Below, piece after piece: positions 8,237-17,150 of a DNA stretch of 64,000 nt. Location of the stretch: the NCBI GenBank assembly GCA_965140705.1, contig OZ223300.1:352001-416000 (forward strand). Reading direction: 5' to 3'. Numbering within the stretch: position 1 is the first letter of the stretch; each line of letters opens with the position of its first letter. Origin of the DNA: an uncultured Arcobacter sp. Lineage in GTDB: Bacteria; Campylobacterota; Campylobacteria; Campylobacterales; Arcobacteraceae. The notes beneath the pieces are model-generated. The model saw nothing but the letters and a program-made list of their open reading frames with translations. It had not been told where the DNA came from and did no database searches. A program made the position numbers and the translations under genes.

Positions 8237-10408
8237 TTATATCTCTATTGAGAATACAGCTCCATTAATAGAATTTTTTACTCTAATTGTTCCGTTCATT
8301 TTTTCTTCAATAATCATTTTTGTCATATATAGTCCAATACCTGTACCATATTCATATTTTGTAGTGAAGTAAGGATCAAAAATTTTATTTATAATAGTAT
8401 CCTCTATTCCACCTGCATTATCTTCAATATGTAAGCATAACTTTTCATTTTTTTGTGCATAAATTTTTATTTGTGGATTTTCGATATTTTTTTCTAATAA
8501 AATATCTTTTGCATTTGATATTATATTCATGATTGCTTGGGAATACTCATTTTTATAACCATCAATTTTATAATCTTCTTCAATGTCAATAATAAGTTCT
8601 ATATGGTGAAAGGTAAGAGTGGATTTTACTATTTTTAGTGCATTCTCTATTGCTTCATTTAAATAAAAGAGTTCTTTTTTTGAATTTGGATTAAAAAAAT
8701 TTCTAAAATCATCAATTGTTTTTGACATATATTCAAGTAAATCATTTGCTTCATCAACTCTATTTTGAAGATATTTTTTATCTAATTCTTTATAATCATA
8801 AGCAGATTCAATATCAAAAAATAGCCCTGAAACTTGAGATAAAGGTTGCCTCCATTGGTGGGCTATATTACCTATCATTTCACCCATTGCTGCCATTTTT
8901 GATTTTTGGATTAATATATTTTGTTGTTTTACTTTTTCTTCTTTTAGAAGTGTTCTCTCTGTAATATCCCTCAAAGAAGCAAATAATAAATTTTGCTTTT
9001 CATAGGAATAAATAATTGCATTTAGTTCTATCGTTCTTGTTTGTTTATCTCTTGTAAATAATTTTACTGTTTTAACTAAAGATTTTGATTGTTTAATCTC
9101 TTCTAAACTCAATTGATCAAATAAGTTAAAAAAGTCTTTATATAATATTTCATTTGACTCATAACCTATAGTTTTAAGGGCAGTACTATTTAAACTTAAA
9201 ATACGAGTACTATTATTGATTATTTCAGAGATTATAAAACCATCATTACTATAGTTAAAAAGTAAAGCATATTTCTCTTCATTTTGTTTAACTCTTTTTC
9301 TATATTGTTCAAAAAGCTCTTCTATTTTTCTTGTAAATAGTAGTGAAAAGAAGAAAAAGACTATAGTCATAACTATAATGATGATGATTAGTTTTATTAT
9401 ATTTTTATAAAGGTTATCCAAAGATATTTTAGTTTCTTTTTTAACTATTTGATTGATATTTGATAGGTTTACTCCAACAGCTATAAAATATCTATACTCT
9501 TTGATAAACGTAGCATAAAACAGTTTTTGATCATAGTCATAATAAGTTGCTTCATTTGCTTTATAATTTGTTTTTATAAGAAGTTCTTTTACTGCTTCAA
9601 GCTCTTTATTTGAAGTTATTATGTTTTTTTGTATTAGAAGTTTACTTTCATGCATAATATCATTTAAACTATTTATTTTATAAATAAAAATAAACTCATC
9701 ATTATTGAAACCTTGTAAGGTGATTTTTTTTAGAAGTTTATCTGTTAATTCCACATGATTACTCTCTAAATTACTTGCAGAACCTATTATTAGACCCAAC
9801 TCTTTTAGATGTCTTGAATAAGTAATTCTTTTGTTTGGTCTGTACCAATTATAGTCCAAGAAGTTTTGAGTATTGGGATTTGCATTTATCATTTTGTTTA
9901 TAAATTTTACCCCATCCAAATCTTCAAAATCAAGAAAATTTATTCCTTCATTTTTAGGATAATCAGTATTTAAAAGTAGAGTTCCTTTTGTATTTAAAAT
10001 AAAGTAATTAATATCATTTTTTTCTTGGGCAATCTCTTTTAATGATTTTTTTATTAGATCTATTTGTTCTGCTTTTGATAGATTTTTTGTAGATTTATAT
10101 AAAGAATAGGCTAGATTATATGCGATGATTGATTGGTTTTTTATTCTTTGCTTTTTACTATTTATTATTGAAAGAGATTCAAAATCTATGTCATTTTTAA
10201 GATTTTGAACGGATGTTTTTATATAAAACATCTCCCTTTCTATTAAGGTATTTTTGAAACTTTTTATATGGGTTCTAAAATTACTATATTCGGTTTTTAT
10301 AAGAACTATACCAATTATAGTTGCAACAAGTAAGATAATAATTGTAGAACTGAGTAAAGTAGTCTTTTTTATTCCTTGTTCTACTGTTTGATTATAGTTA
10401 TTTTTCAA
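8237..10408 (-). CDS. Sensor histidine kinase (Cache, PAS, HisKA, HATPase)
   Basis: Two TM segments, IAHQWRQPL H-box, DNAGG and GTGIGL boxes. Confidence 0.93.
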   Translation of the reverse strand: MKNNYNQTVEQGIKKTTLLSSTIIILLVATIIGIVLIKTEYSNFRTHIKSFKNTLIEREMFYIKTSVQNLKNDIDFESLSIINSKKQRIKNQSIIAYNLAYSLYKSTKNLSKAEQIDLIKKSLKEIAQEKNDINYFILNTKGTLLLNTDYPKNEGINFLDFEDLDGVKFINKMINANPNTQNFLDYNWYRPNKRITYSRHLKELGLIIGSASNLESNHVELTDKLLKKITLQGFNNDEFIFIYKINSLNDIMHESKLLIQKNIITSNKELEAVKELLIKTNYKANEATYYDYDQKLFYATFIKEYRYFIAVGVNLSNINQIVKKETKISLDNLYKNIIKLIIIIIVMTIVFFFFSLLFTRKIEELFEQYRKRVKQNEEKYALLFNYSNDGFIISEIINNSTRILSLNSTALKTIGYESNEILYKDFFNLFDQLSLEEIKQSKSLVKTVKLFTRDKQTRTIELNAIIYSYEKQNLLFASLRDITERTLLKEEKVKQQNILIQKSKMAAMGEMIGNIAHQWRQPLSQVSGLFFDIESAYDYKELDKKYLQNRVDEANDLLEYMSKTIDDFRNFFNPNSKKELFYLNEAIENALKIVKSTLTFHHIELIIDIEEDYKIDGYKNEYSQAIMNIISNAKDILLEKNIENPQIKIYAQKNEKLCLHIEDNAGGIEDTIINKIFDPYFTTKYEYGTGIGLYMTKMIIEEKMNGTIRVKNSINGAVFSIEI

Positions 10409-11078
10409 GATTTAGTTTGTACCCCATATTTGAAATATTTTTAATACAATTAAATGGAATCTTTTTCCGTAAAAATCCAAGGGAAGTTCGTAGAGAATTT
10501 AAACTCATATATTCTCCATCCCAAACATGTTGTTCAATCTCTTCATAAGATACCACTCTATTTTTGTTCAATACTAAAAGTTTTAAAAATAACAACTCTT
10601 TTTTTGTGAGATTGATTACTTGACCTTTATTATAAAATAAAGAAGTATTGTTGTCAAAATAAAATTCATCACCTAAAGTGATTTTAAAATCTTTCTCTTT
10701 TTCTAAGGCTTCAACTGCCTTTGAAAGGGCTGGAAGGAGGTTTCTACTTGTAAGGGGTTTGATAATATATTTTTCTAGGTTTAATTCAATGGCATCCAAT
10801 AAATAACTTTTTTCACTAAATGCTGTTGAAATTATGATTTTTGTAGTTGTGTCTTTTTGTCTGATTTTTTTTGCTAAAGATATACCATCAAGTTTTGGCA
10901 TCTTTATATCTGTTAGAATAATATCTGGATGATATTTTTTATAAAGTTCGTAACCTTCTTCTCCATCTTTTGCTTCGTATAGTTCATTGAACATACGATT
11001 TAAAAATCGGGAATTGATAGTTCTTACCCCTTCGTCATCCTCAATATATAAAATAGTATATTTTTTAAAATCATCCAT
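10398..11078 (-). CDS. OmpR-family response regulator
   Basis: IEDD, DIKMPKLDG, wHTH C-terminus ending GYKL. Confidence 0.95.
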   Translation of the reverse strand: MDDFKKYTILYIEDDEGVRTINSRFLNRMFNELYEAKDGEEGYELYKKYHPDIILTDIKMPKLDGISLAKKIRQKDTTTKIIISTAFSEKSYLLDAIELNLEKYIIKPLTSRNLLPALSKAVEALEKEKDFKITLGDEFYFDNNTSLFYNKGQVINLTKKELLFLKLLVLNKNRVVSYEEIEQHVWDGEYMSLNSLRTSLGFLRKKIPFNCIKNISNMGYKLNLEK

Positions 11079-11107
11079 TACTACCTCTTTTAAAAGAAAA
11101 GAGAAAC

Positions 11108-12625
11108 TTAATTCTCTTTTTTCTTTCTAATTTTAGCTGAAAATTCCCCAAATAAAGGAACTAATAATAAAATTACTGTGATGATTAGTATTGATAAAGT
11201 AATAGGTCTTTCCCATAAAAATGATAAAGAACCATCACTAATGGTCAATGCTCTTCTTAAATTATTTTCCATCATTCCACCTAAAATAAAACCTAAAATC
11301 ATAGGTGCCATTGGAAAATCAACGATTCTTAAAAATAGTGCAACAACTGCAAATATTGTCATCATATAAATATCAAAGTTATTAAATGTAACCAAATAAA
11401 CCCCAACAAGAGAGAAAAATATAATCAATGGCAACAATAACTGTTTAGGCAATGTTAACAATTTCGCAATATATGGAATCAAAGGTAAATTTAAAACTAA
11501 AAGAACAAGGTTACCAATATACATAGAAATAATAACTGACCAAAATAATTCTGGATTATCCACATACATAGTAGGTCCTGGTTGAATTCCATAAGAAATT
11601 AAAGCACCTAAAATAATAGCAGTAGTTCCAGACCCTGGAATACCTAACGTAAGTAAAGGTACAAAAGAACCAGAACAAGCTGCGTTGTTAGCACTTTCAG
11701 GAGCTGCAAGTCCTTTAATACTTCCTTTTCCAAAGTTTAGTTTTTCTTTCACACTTGCAATAGATCTCTCCATCCCATAAGCCAAAAATGAAGCAATTGT
11801 TGCACCTGCTCCTGGAAGAACTCCAACAAAGAATCCCAGCACAGAAGATCTACCAATAGTTGGAACCATCTCTTTTACTTCTTCACGTGTAAGTTTTAGA
11901 CTTCCAATATCTTTTTTAAGTTCTTCCTCTTCCTCTTTTGTTGTTTCATGGCTTTCTAAAACATTCATTAAGGCTTCAGATAAAGCAAAGGCTGCCATTG
12001 CTAAAAGCAAAAATGAGATTCCATCAATCAAATCTAATCTTCCAAAAGTAAATCTAGCAATACCAGAATCAGAATCACTTCCAACAGTTGCTAACATAAG
12101 ACCAAAGACAGTCATAATAGCAGCTTTTAGAAACTTACCTTTCCCCGCAAAGGCTGCAACTGCTGTAAGACCTAATACCATTAAGGCAAAATAATCAGAT
12201 GATTGGAAACTTAAACTAACAGATGCTAAAGCAGGTGCTGCAAAAAGTAAGAATATAGCTGCAATTGTTCCACCAGAAAACGAAGAGTAAGCAGCGATTG
12301 CTAAAGCTTTTCCTGCATGACCATTTTTTGCCATTGGGTAACCGTCAAATGATGAAGCAACTGTTCCTGCAACTCCCGGAGCATTAATTAATATAGATGA
12401 AGTAGAACCACCAAATATAGCACCGTAATAAACACCTGCAATCAAAATAAGTCCAGAAGAAGGATCCATCCCATAAGTAATAGGAATCATCAAGGCAATT
12501 GCAGAGATTGGTCCCAATCCTGGAAGCATACCAATAAAAGTACCAGCAAAACATCCAATTGCTACCATTAGGATATTGTAAGCGCTAAGAGCTGTTCCTG
12601 CTCCTTGTAATATACCATCTAACAT
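11108..12625 (-). CDS. tctA: Tripartite tricarboxylate transporter permease
   Basis: GMLPGLG, APESANNA, PLLTLGIPGS, GIQPGP. Confidence 0.95.
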   Translation of the reverse strand: MLDGILQGAGTALSAYNILMVAIGCFAGTFIGMLPGLGPISAIALMIPITYGMDPSSGLILIAGVYYGAIFGGSTSSILINAPGVAGTVASSFDGYPMAKNGHAGKALAIAAYSSFSGGTIAAIFLLFAAPALASVSLSFQSSDYFALMVLGLTAVAAFAGKGKFLKAAIMTVFGLMLATVGSDSDSGIARFTFGRLDLIDGISFLLLAMAAFALSEALMNVLESHETTKEEEEELKKDIGSLKLTREEVKEMVPTIGRSSVLGFFVGVLPGAGATIASFLAYGMERSIASVKEKLNFGKGSIKGLAAPESANNAACSGSFVPLLTLGIPGSGTTAIILGALISYGIQPGPTMYVDNPELFWSVIISMYIGNLVLLVLNLPLIPYIAKLLTLPKQLLLPLIIFFSLVGVYLVTFNNFDIYMMTIFAVVALFLRIVDFPMAPMILGFILGGMMENNLRRALTISDGSLSFLWERPITLSILIITVILLLVPLFGEFSAKIRKKKEN

Positions 12626-13107
12626 TAGTTAACTCCTAACAATTTATTGATAAAGTCGCCTGCATCTATATATACACCTAAAACATTGTTTAGTAATAGA
12701 TAAAATCCTACAGATACGCCAACTGAAATTAAAAATATTCTTTTTATATTTCTCTCTTTTAAAATAAAAAATCCTATTGCTAAAAATATCATTGTAGAAA
12801 AGATAAAACCTAAAGGTCTTATTGTAAAACCATAAAAAATCATTAACAAAATAAAAAATGTAGTAGTTTTTAAATCTAGACTTCTTAGATATGTCAAAGA
12901 TAGGTTTTCTTTGTCTTTTTCTAATAGTGATAAAACTAATAATATCACTGATATAATAATTCCTGTTAATCCAATATAATAAGGAAATGTAGAGGCAGTC
13001 ATAACTTCAAACTGCGCCATTGGCATCTTTTTTATACTAAATACAGAATAAAAATAGAAACTTGAAAAAGCTAAAAAAAATATTGAGCCTATTGTATTTT
13101 TTGTCAT
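12625..13107 (-). CDS. tctB: Tripartite tricarboxylate transporter small membrane subunit
   Basis: Hydrophobic ORF between tctC and tctA; ATG 13107 preceded by AAAGGA. Confidence 0.88.
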   Translation of the reverse strand: MTKNTIGSIFFLAFSSFYFYSVFSIKKMPMAQFEVMTASTFPYYIGLTGIIISVILLVLSLLEKDKENLSLTYLRSLDLKTTTFFILLMIFYGFTIRPLGFIFSTMIFLAIGFFILKERNIKRIFLISVGVSVGFYLLLNNVLGVYIDAGDFINKLLGVN

Positions 13108-13121
13108 TTGTTGTCCTTTAT

Positions 13122-13147
13122 ATAAATAGAGCAAAAGCTCTATTTAT
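13122..13147. other. Intercistronic stem-loop between tctC and tctB
   Basis: ATAAATAGAGC-AAAA-GCTCTATTTAT, perfect 11-bp inverted repeat. Confidence 0.7.
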
Positions 13148-13148
13148 C

Positions 13149-14120
13149 CTATAGAAATCCCATTTCTTTCATCAAAGATGAGATCGTTTTTTCTTGATTT
13201 TCTAGGAATGTTTTGAATTGAGTAGTTGGTTTATATAGATTTGCCCAACCATTTCTTGCTCTAACTGTTTCCCACTCTTTTGTTTTGTACATGTCTCCAA
13301 GAACTTTTGCAAAAGCATCGATTTTTTCTTGTGGTAAGTTTGGTGCTCCAAAAAATCCTCTCCAGTTTGCAAAGTATGCATCAACACCCATACTTTTGAA
13401 ACTTGGGATTCCATCAATTGACTCATCAGAAGTAATACCTATGATTCTTACTTCACCTTTTTTATGTTTTTCTAAAACTTCTCCAAGTCCTGTTGATAAA
13501 ACATCAACTTCTCCAGTTAATAATCCTGCAAGTGCTTTCCCACCTGCATCATAAGGAACATATCTTACATTTGTTGGGTTCCCTCCTGCTGCCTTAAAGA
13601 TTTGTGCAGCCACAAGATGATCCATACTTCCCCTTGAACTTCCACCAGCAATTTTTACTTTTCTTGGATTTTTGTCAAAAGCTGCTTTTACATCAGCCCA
13701 AGTTTTATATTTAGAGTCAGCTCTTACAACTAAAGCTCCATAATCAGCAACAACAGCTGAGATTAGAGATAGGTCTCTAAATGATTGAGGAAATACACCT
13801 TGTAATGATCTAATTACAATAGGAGTTGAATTTACCATCAAGGTATCTTGTTGTTTATCAGCAGTTTCTATTAAGTAAGCGATAGCTTTTCCTCCACCAC
13901 CTCCTGACATATTTTCAAAAGATGTTTCATCAACTAAACCAGATTTTTTAAGAGCTTCCCCAACTCCTCTAGCAGTTCCATCCCAACCACCACCGGCACC
14001 ACCAGGGATTAGGAAATGGATTTTTTCAATTTCTGAAGCAACAGAAGTCATAGCTAACCCAGCAACTAGGCAACTTGCCAATGCAACATTTTTGCAAATT
14101 TTTGAGATTTGTAATTTCAT
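13149..14120 (-). CDS. tctC: Tripartite tricarboxylate transporter substrate-binding protein
   Basis: Signal peptide, PGGAGGGWDGTAR, ENMSGGGG, WRGFFG. Confidence 0.93.
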   Translation of the reverse strand: MKLQISKICKNVALASCLVAGLAMTSVASEIEKIHFLIPGGAGGGWDGTARGVGEALKKSGLVDETSFENMSGGGGGKAIAYLIETADKQQDTLMVNSTPIVIRSLQGVFPQSFRDLSLISAVVADYGALVVRADSKYKTWADVKAAFDKNPRKVKIAGGSSRGSMDHLVAAQIFKAAGGNPTNVRYVPYDAGGKALAGLLTGEVDVLSTGLGEVLEKHKKGEVRIIGITSDESIDGIPSFKSMGVDAYFANWRGFFGAPNLPQEKIDAFAKVLGDMYKTKEWETVRARNGWANLYKPTTQFKTFLENQEKTISSLMKEMGFL

Positions 14121-14235
14121 TTTTCGTCCTTTGTTTATTTCTATTTTAATGTTAAATGAAAAAAATGTAAGAAAAATAAAATAAGTATTTATTTTGGGAA
14201 TTTTCTAAAAGACAAATATAGGGGAAATTTTGGGC

Positions 14236-14308
14236 AAAAAAAAAGAGGCTTCGCGGACCTCTTTTTTTAGGGAGAACAAATGAAAAAAGACGTTCGTATT
14301 CGTCTTGT
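14236..14308 (-). ncRNA. Candidate small RNA, copy 1
   Basis: -10 TATACT (14320-14315), 5' hairpin AAGACG/CGTCTT, CU-rich linker CATTTGTTCTCCCT, hairpin plus T9 terminator; duplicated 210 bp away. Confidence 0.6.
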
Positions 14309-14445
14309 AAAGAAAGTATAACGGTTTATGATAAATGAATAAACAATAAATGGTTAACAAAAAGATAACTTGACTAAAAGTTTATAAATTTGTAAAAAAT
14401 GCAGTAGGGTTTGAAAATAGATTTTGAGTTTGTATATTTTTGGGC

Positions 14446-14513
14446 AAAAAAAAAGAGGCTTCGCGGACCTCTTTCTTTAGGAGAACAAATGAAGACGTTC
14501 GTATTCGTCTTAT
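14446..14513 (-). ncRNA. Candidate small RNA, copy 2
   Basis: Extended -10 TGTTATAAT (14528-14520); same hairpin, linker and terminator as copy 1. Confidence 0.62.
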
Positions 14514-14671
14514 AAGAAAATTATAACAGCTGATAATGAATGGTTAAATAATCAATAGTTAATGGATAGATAATGTAACTTATTTGTATAAATAACAAAA
14601 TTATATGCTTCATGTTAAAATATTGACAACTAAATGTATTTATTGTTATAAAATAAATAGAAAGGTTATTT

Positions 14672-16066
14672 ATGCTTGATTCAATAAATGAAAACTCAAA
14701 AGAAGATTTACTTTTATTTGAGGAGTTTAAACAAACGGTATTAATCGAGGGGAATAGTTTTTTTAATAAAAAGATAAGAATTTTTTCAGAAAAAAACTTT
14801 TCTACTTTTGAAGACAGATATATAAAAAACTATATATCAGATAAAAATTATTCTTTTCTTGAAAAAATCGATTTACAAACTTCGAATACTACAGATTCAT
14901 TTAAACATTTGTTTGCTAATTATTTATGGTTGTATAATTATTTCTTTTCATCTATAAGAAATCATAGATATTATAAAGTAGGGAGAACCTTTGAAGCTAA
15001 AATCAAAGATGTAAGTTTTTTATTAGGTAAAGATTTAAATGAAAATTTTTTCCCAAAATATGGATTTGCAAATTGTGGGATTTCTTATAATCAAAATAAA
15101 TATGAAGAGTTATGTGTAATTCATTCTTTTATAAAGAAACTATCAAAAGAAAAAGATTTAATTAATAGAGAAGAAGATTTAGAAAATGTAATAAAATCAA
15201 TTAATGTTAAAAATGAATTAGAGTTTTATCATGGTAAAGAATATAAAAAAGCTGGAATAAAATCCATTTTATTATTTTTATTATTTCCTAATAAATATGA
15301 ACCAATAGTAAGTTATACCGATAAAGAAATGATAGTAGAGCATTTTTTAGAAGAAAGAGGTGATGATATTGATAAAGATATACTAAAAATAAGAAAACAA
15401 TATAATATAAAAACAAGTTTTTATGTAGATGATTTAATTTATAAATGGAATAAAAACAAACAATTAACTCAAATAATAAAAAATAAGTTTCAATTGGGAG
15501 ATATTAAATTAAAAGAATTCAATAAAATAGAAAAAATAAGTGTATTAGCTGATGAAGACTTTCAAGAAAAAGAAAAAAATAAAAGAAGAAGGGGTTTAGA
15601 AGCAGAAGAAATAGTTTTTTGTTATTATAAGGAGTATATAAAAAAAATAAAAGACCCAAGTATAATATTAAATATATTGCGAGATTTAAAACTTATAAAT
15701 TTCTCTAAAATGCATAATATTCTAAGTCGTAAGTCAATAGGTGAATTATGCCATTATTCAAAATATATTGATACTTATGCTCCTTTTGATTTGATATGTC
15801 CTATAGATAGAAAGGTGTTTTTTATTGAAGTTAAATCTACAATGGATGGGAGTACAATATATCTATCATATAATGAGTTGAGATTTGCTGTTGAAAATAT
15901 TAATAATTATTTATTAATAGTAGTTTTTAATGGGAAGATATATGAAGTAGAGGAACTAAATGATAATTTAGTAATAATTTATGAAAAGTTAGAAAGTTTG
16001 AAAAAAGAGTTTTCTTTTTTAGAGATTAATAAAATTAAAATAGCATTAAAAACAGTTACTAATTAG
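14672..16066 (+). CDS. DUF3883 (NOV C-terminal, PD-(D/E)xK nuclease-like) domain protein
   Basis: C-terminal GLEAEEIV...APFDL...FIEVKST...IYLSYNE; very AT-rich; TTGACA at 14623 and TGnTATAAA upstream. Confidence 0.75.
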   Translation: MLDSINENSKEDLLLFEEFKQTVLIEGNSFFNKKIRIFSEKNFSTFEDRYIKNYISDKNYSFLEKIDLQTSNTTDSFKHLFANYLWLYNYFFSSIRNHRYYKVGRTFEAKIKDVSFLLGKDLNENFFPKYGFANCGISYNQNKYEELCVIHSFIKKLSKEKDLINREEDLENVIKSINVKNELEFYHGKEYKKAGIKSILLFLLFPNKYEPIVSYTDKEMIVEHFLEERGDDIDKDILKIRKQYNIKTSFYVDDLIYKWNKNKQLTQIIKNKFQLGDIKLKEFNKIEKISVLADEDFQEKEKNKRRRGLEAEEIVFCYYKEYIKKIKDPSIILNILRDLKLINFSKMHNILSRKSIGELCHYSKYIDTYAPFDLICPIDRKVFFIEVKSTMDGSTIYLSYNELRFAVENINNYLLIVVFNGKIYEVEELNDNLVIIYEKLESLKKEFSFLEINKIKIALKTVTN

Positions 16067-16187
16067 AGGTTAATATTTTTGTTCTAATCAAGGAAGTTAG
16101 TGATTTTTGAGCCAAGGAGCATAGGCTCCTATGTGAGTGCTCAAAAATTGCTAGATGACGCAGAGTAGGGCAAAAGATTGACCTCTA
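16064..16187. repeat. 124-bp nested imperfect palindrome, ERIC/MITE-like
   Basis: Termini TAGAGGTTAAT / ATTGACCTCTA, inner TAGTGATTTTTGAGC / GCTCAAAAATTGCTA, core GGAGCATAGGCTCCTATGTGA. Confidence 0.75.
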
Positions 16188-17141
16188 AACTCTTGCTTCT
16201 TCTCTTTTTTGTAGATACTCCCATTTGGCATCTACTCTTTTTTGCCATTCTTCTATGATATACTCATTTTCTGGTTTAAACAGGTGTTTAAATCTTGGTT
16301 GAAATGCTAAGTAATCTCTTACTGGCACTATATTTTTGGGTCTGTATGTTATATTTAATTCTGTTCCATCTATGATTTCATATAGTGGGAAAACTAGTGA
16401 ATCAACTGCTAAATCTGAGGCTTCTATTGTCTCGTGTGGTTGGAACTTCCACTCAGTTGTACAGGCGCTCATTGCATTTATAAATACAGGTCCCTTTGTA
16501 TCAAACCCTGTTTGGATTTTTTTTACCATATCTTTCCATTTGTTTGGTGCTACTTGTGCCACATATGGTGAACCATGTGCTGCCATGATTGCTAATATAT
16601 CTTTTTTATTTCTTTTTTCACCATAAGAAGTACTTCCTGCTGGTGCTGTTGTTGTAGATGAACCAATAGGAGTAGAAGATGATCTTTGACCTCCTGTATT
16701 TGCATAAACTTCATTGTCTAAACAAACATACATCATATCATGACCTCTTTCAAAACAACCAGAAATCCATTGGAAACCGATATCATAAGTTGCTCCATCT
16801 CCACCAAATGTTACAAATTTTGGTTCAGGAGTTGATGGGTCGATTTTCCCTTTTTTTCTTAGAACTTTATTCATAGTCTCAGCCCCTGCAATTGCAGTTG
16901 AAGCATTTTCAAATCCTATATGAATCCAAGAACAGTCCCATGAAGTATGAGGATATATAGCTGTACAAACTTCCAAACATCCAGTTGCTGCTGATACTAC
17001 TAAGTTATCATTTGTAGCATTTAATACTTCTCTTACAATAATTGAGTGTGCACAACCTGGACATAAAACATGAGAACCCTCAAATCTTTCAGCCGCAGTT
17101 GAAAATGTTTTTAAGTTTTTGATTACTTTTTGATTGCTCAT
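16185..17141 (-). CDS. porB: Pyruvate:ferredoxin oxidoreductase beta subunit
   Basis: LCPGC, ATGC, TPP motif GGDG...LDNEVYANTGGQRS. Confidence 0.95.
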   Translation of the reverse strand: MSNQKVIKNLKTFSTAAERFEGSHVLCPGCAHSIIVREVLNATNDNLVVSAATGCLEVCTAIYPHTSWDCSWIHIGFENASTAIAGAETMNKVLRKKGKIDPSTPEPKFVTFGGDGATYDIGFQWISGCFERGHDMMYVCLDNEVYANTGGQRSSSTPIGSSTTTAPAGSTSYGEKRNKKDILAIMAAHGSPYVAQVAPNKWKDMVKKIQTGFDTKGPVFINAMSACTTEWKFQPHETIEASDLAVDSLVFPLYEIIDGTELNITYRPKNIVPVRDYLAFQPRFKHLFKPENEYIIEEWQKRVDAKWEYLQKREEARV

Positions 17142-17150
17142 ATTTTCTCC

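Noticed and set aside
14280..14515. Plus-strand SD+ATG micro-ORFs in the two repeats (MKKDVRIRLVKKV and MKTFVFVL)
   Set aside because: The shared DNA is read in different frames, so no peptide is conserved; promoter and terminator polarity favour minus-strand RNAs.
14228..14528. CRISPR array interpretation of the tandem repeat
   Set aside because: Only two units, far longer than CRISPR repeats, and no cas genes in the window.
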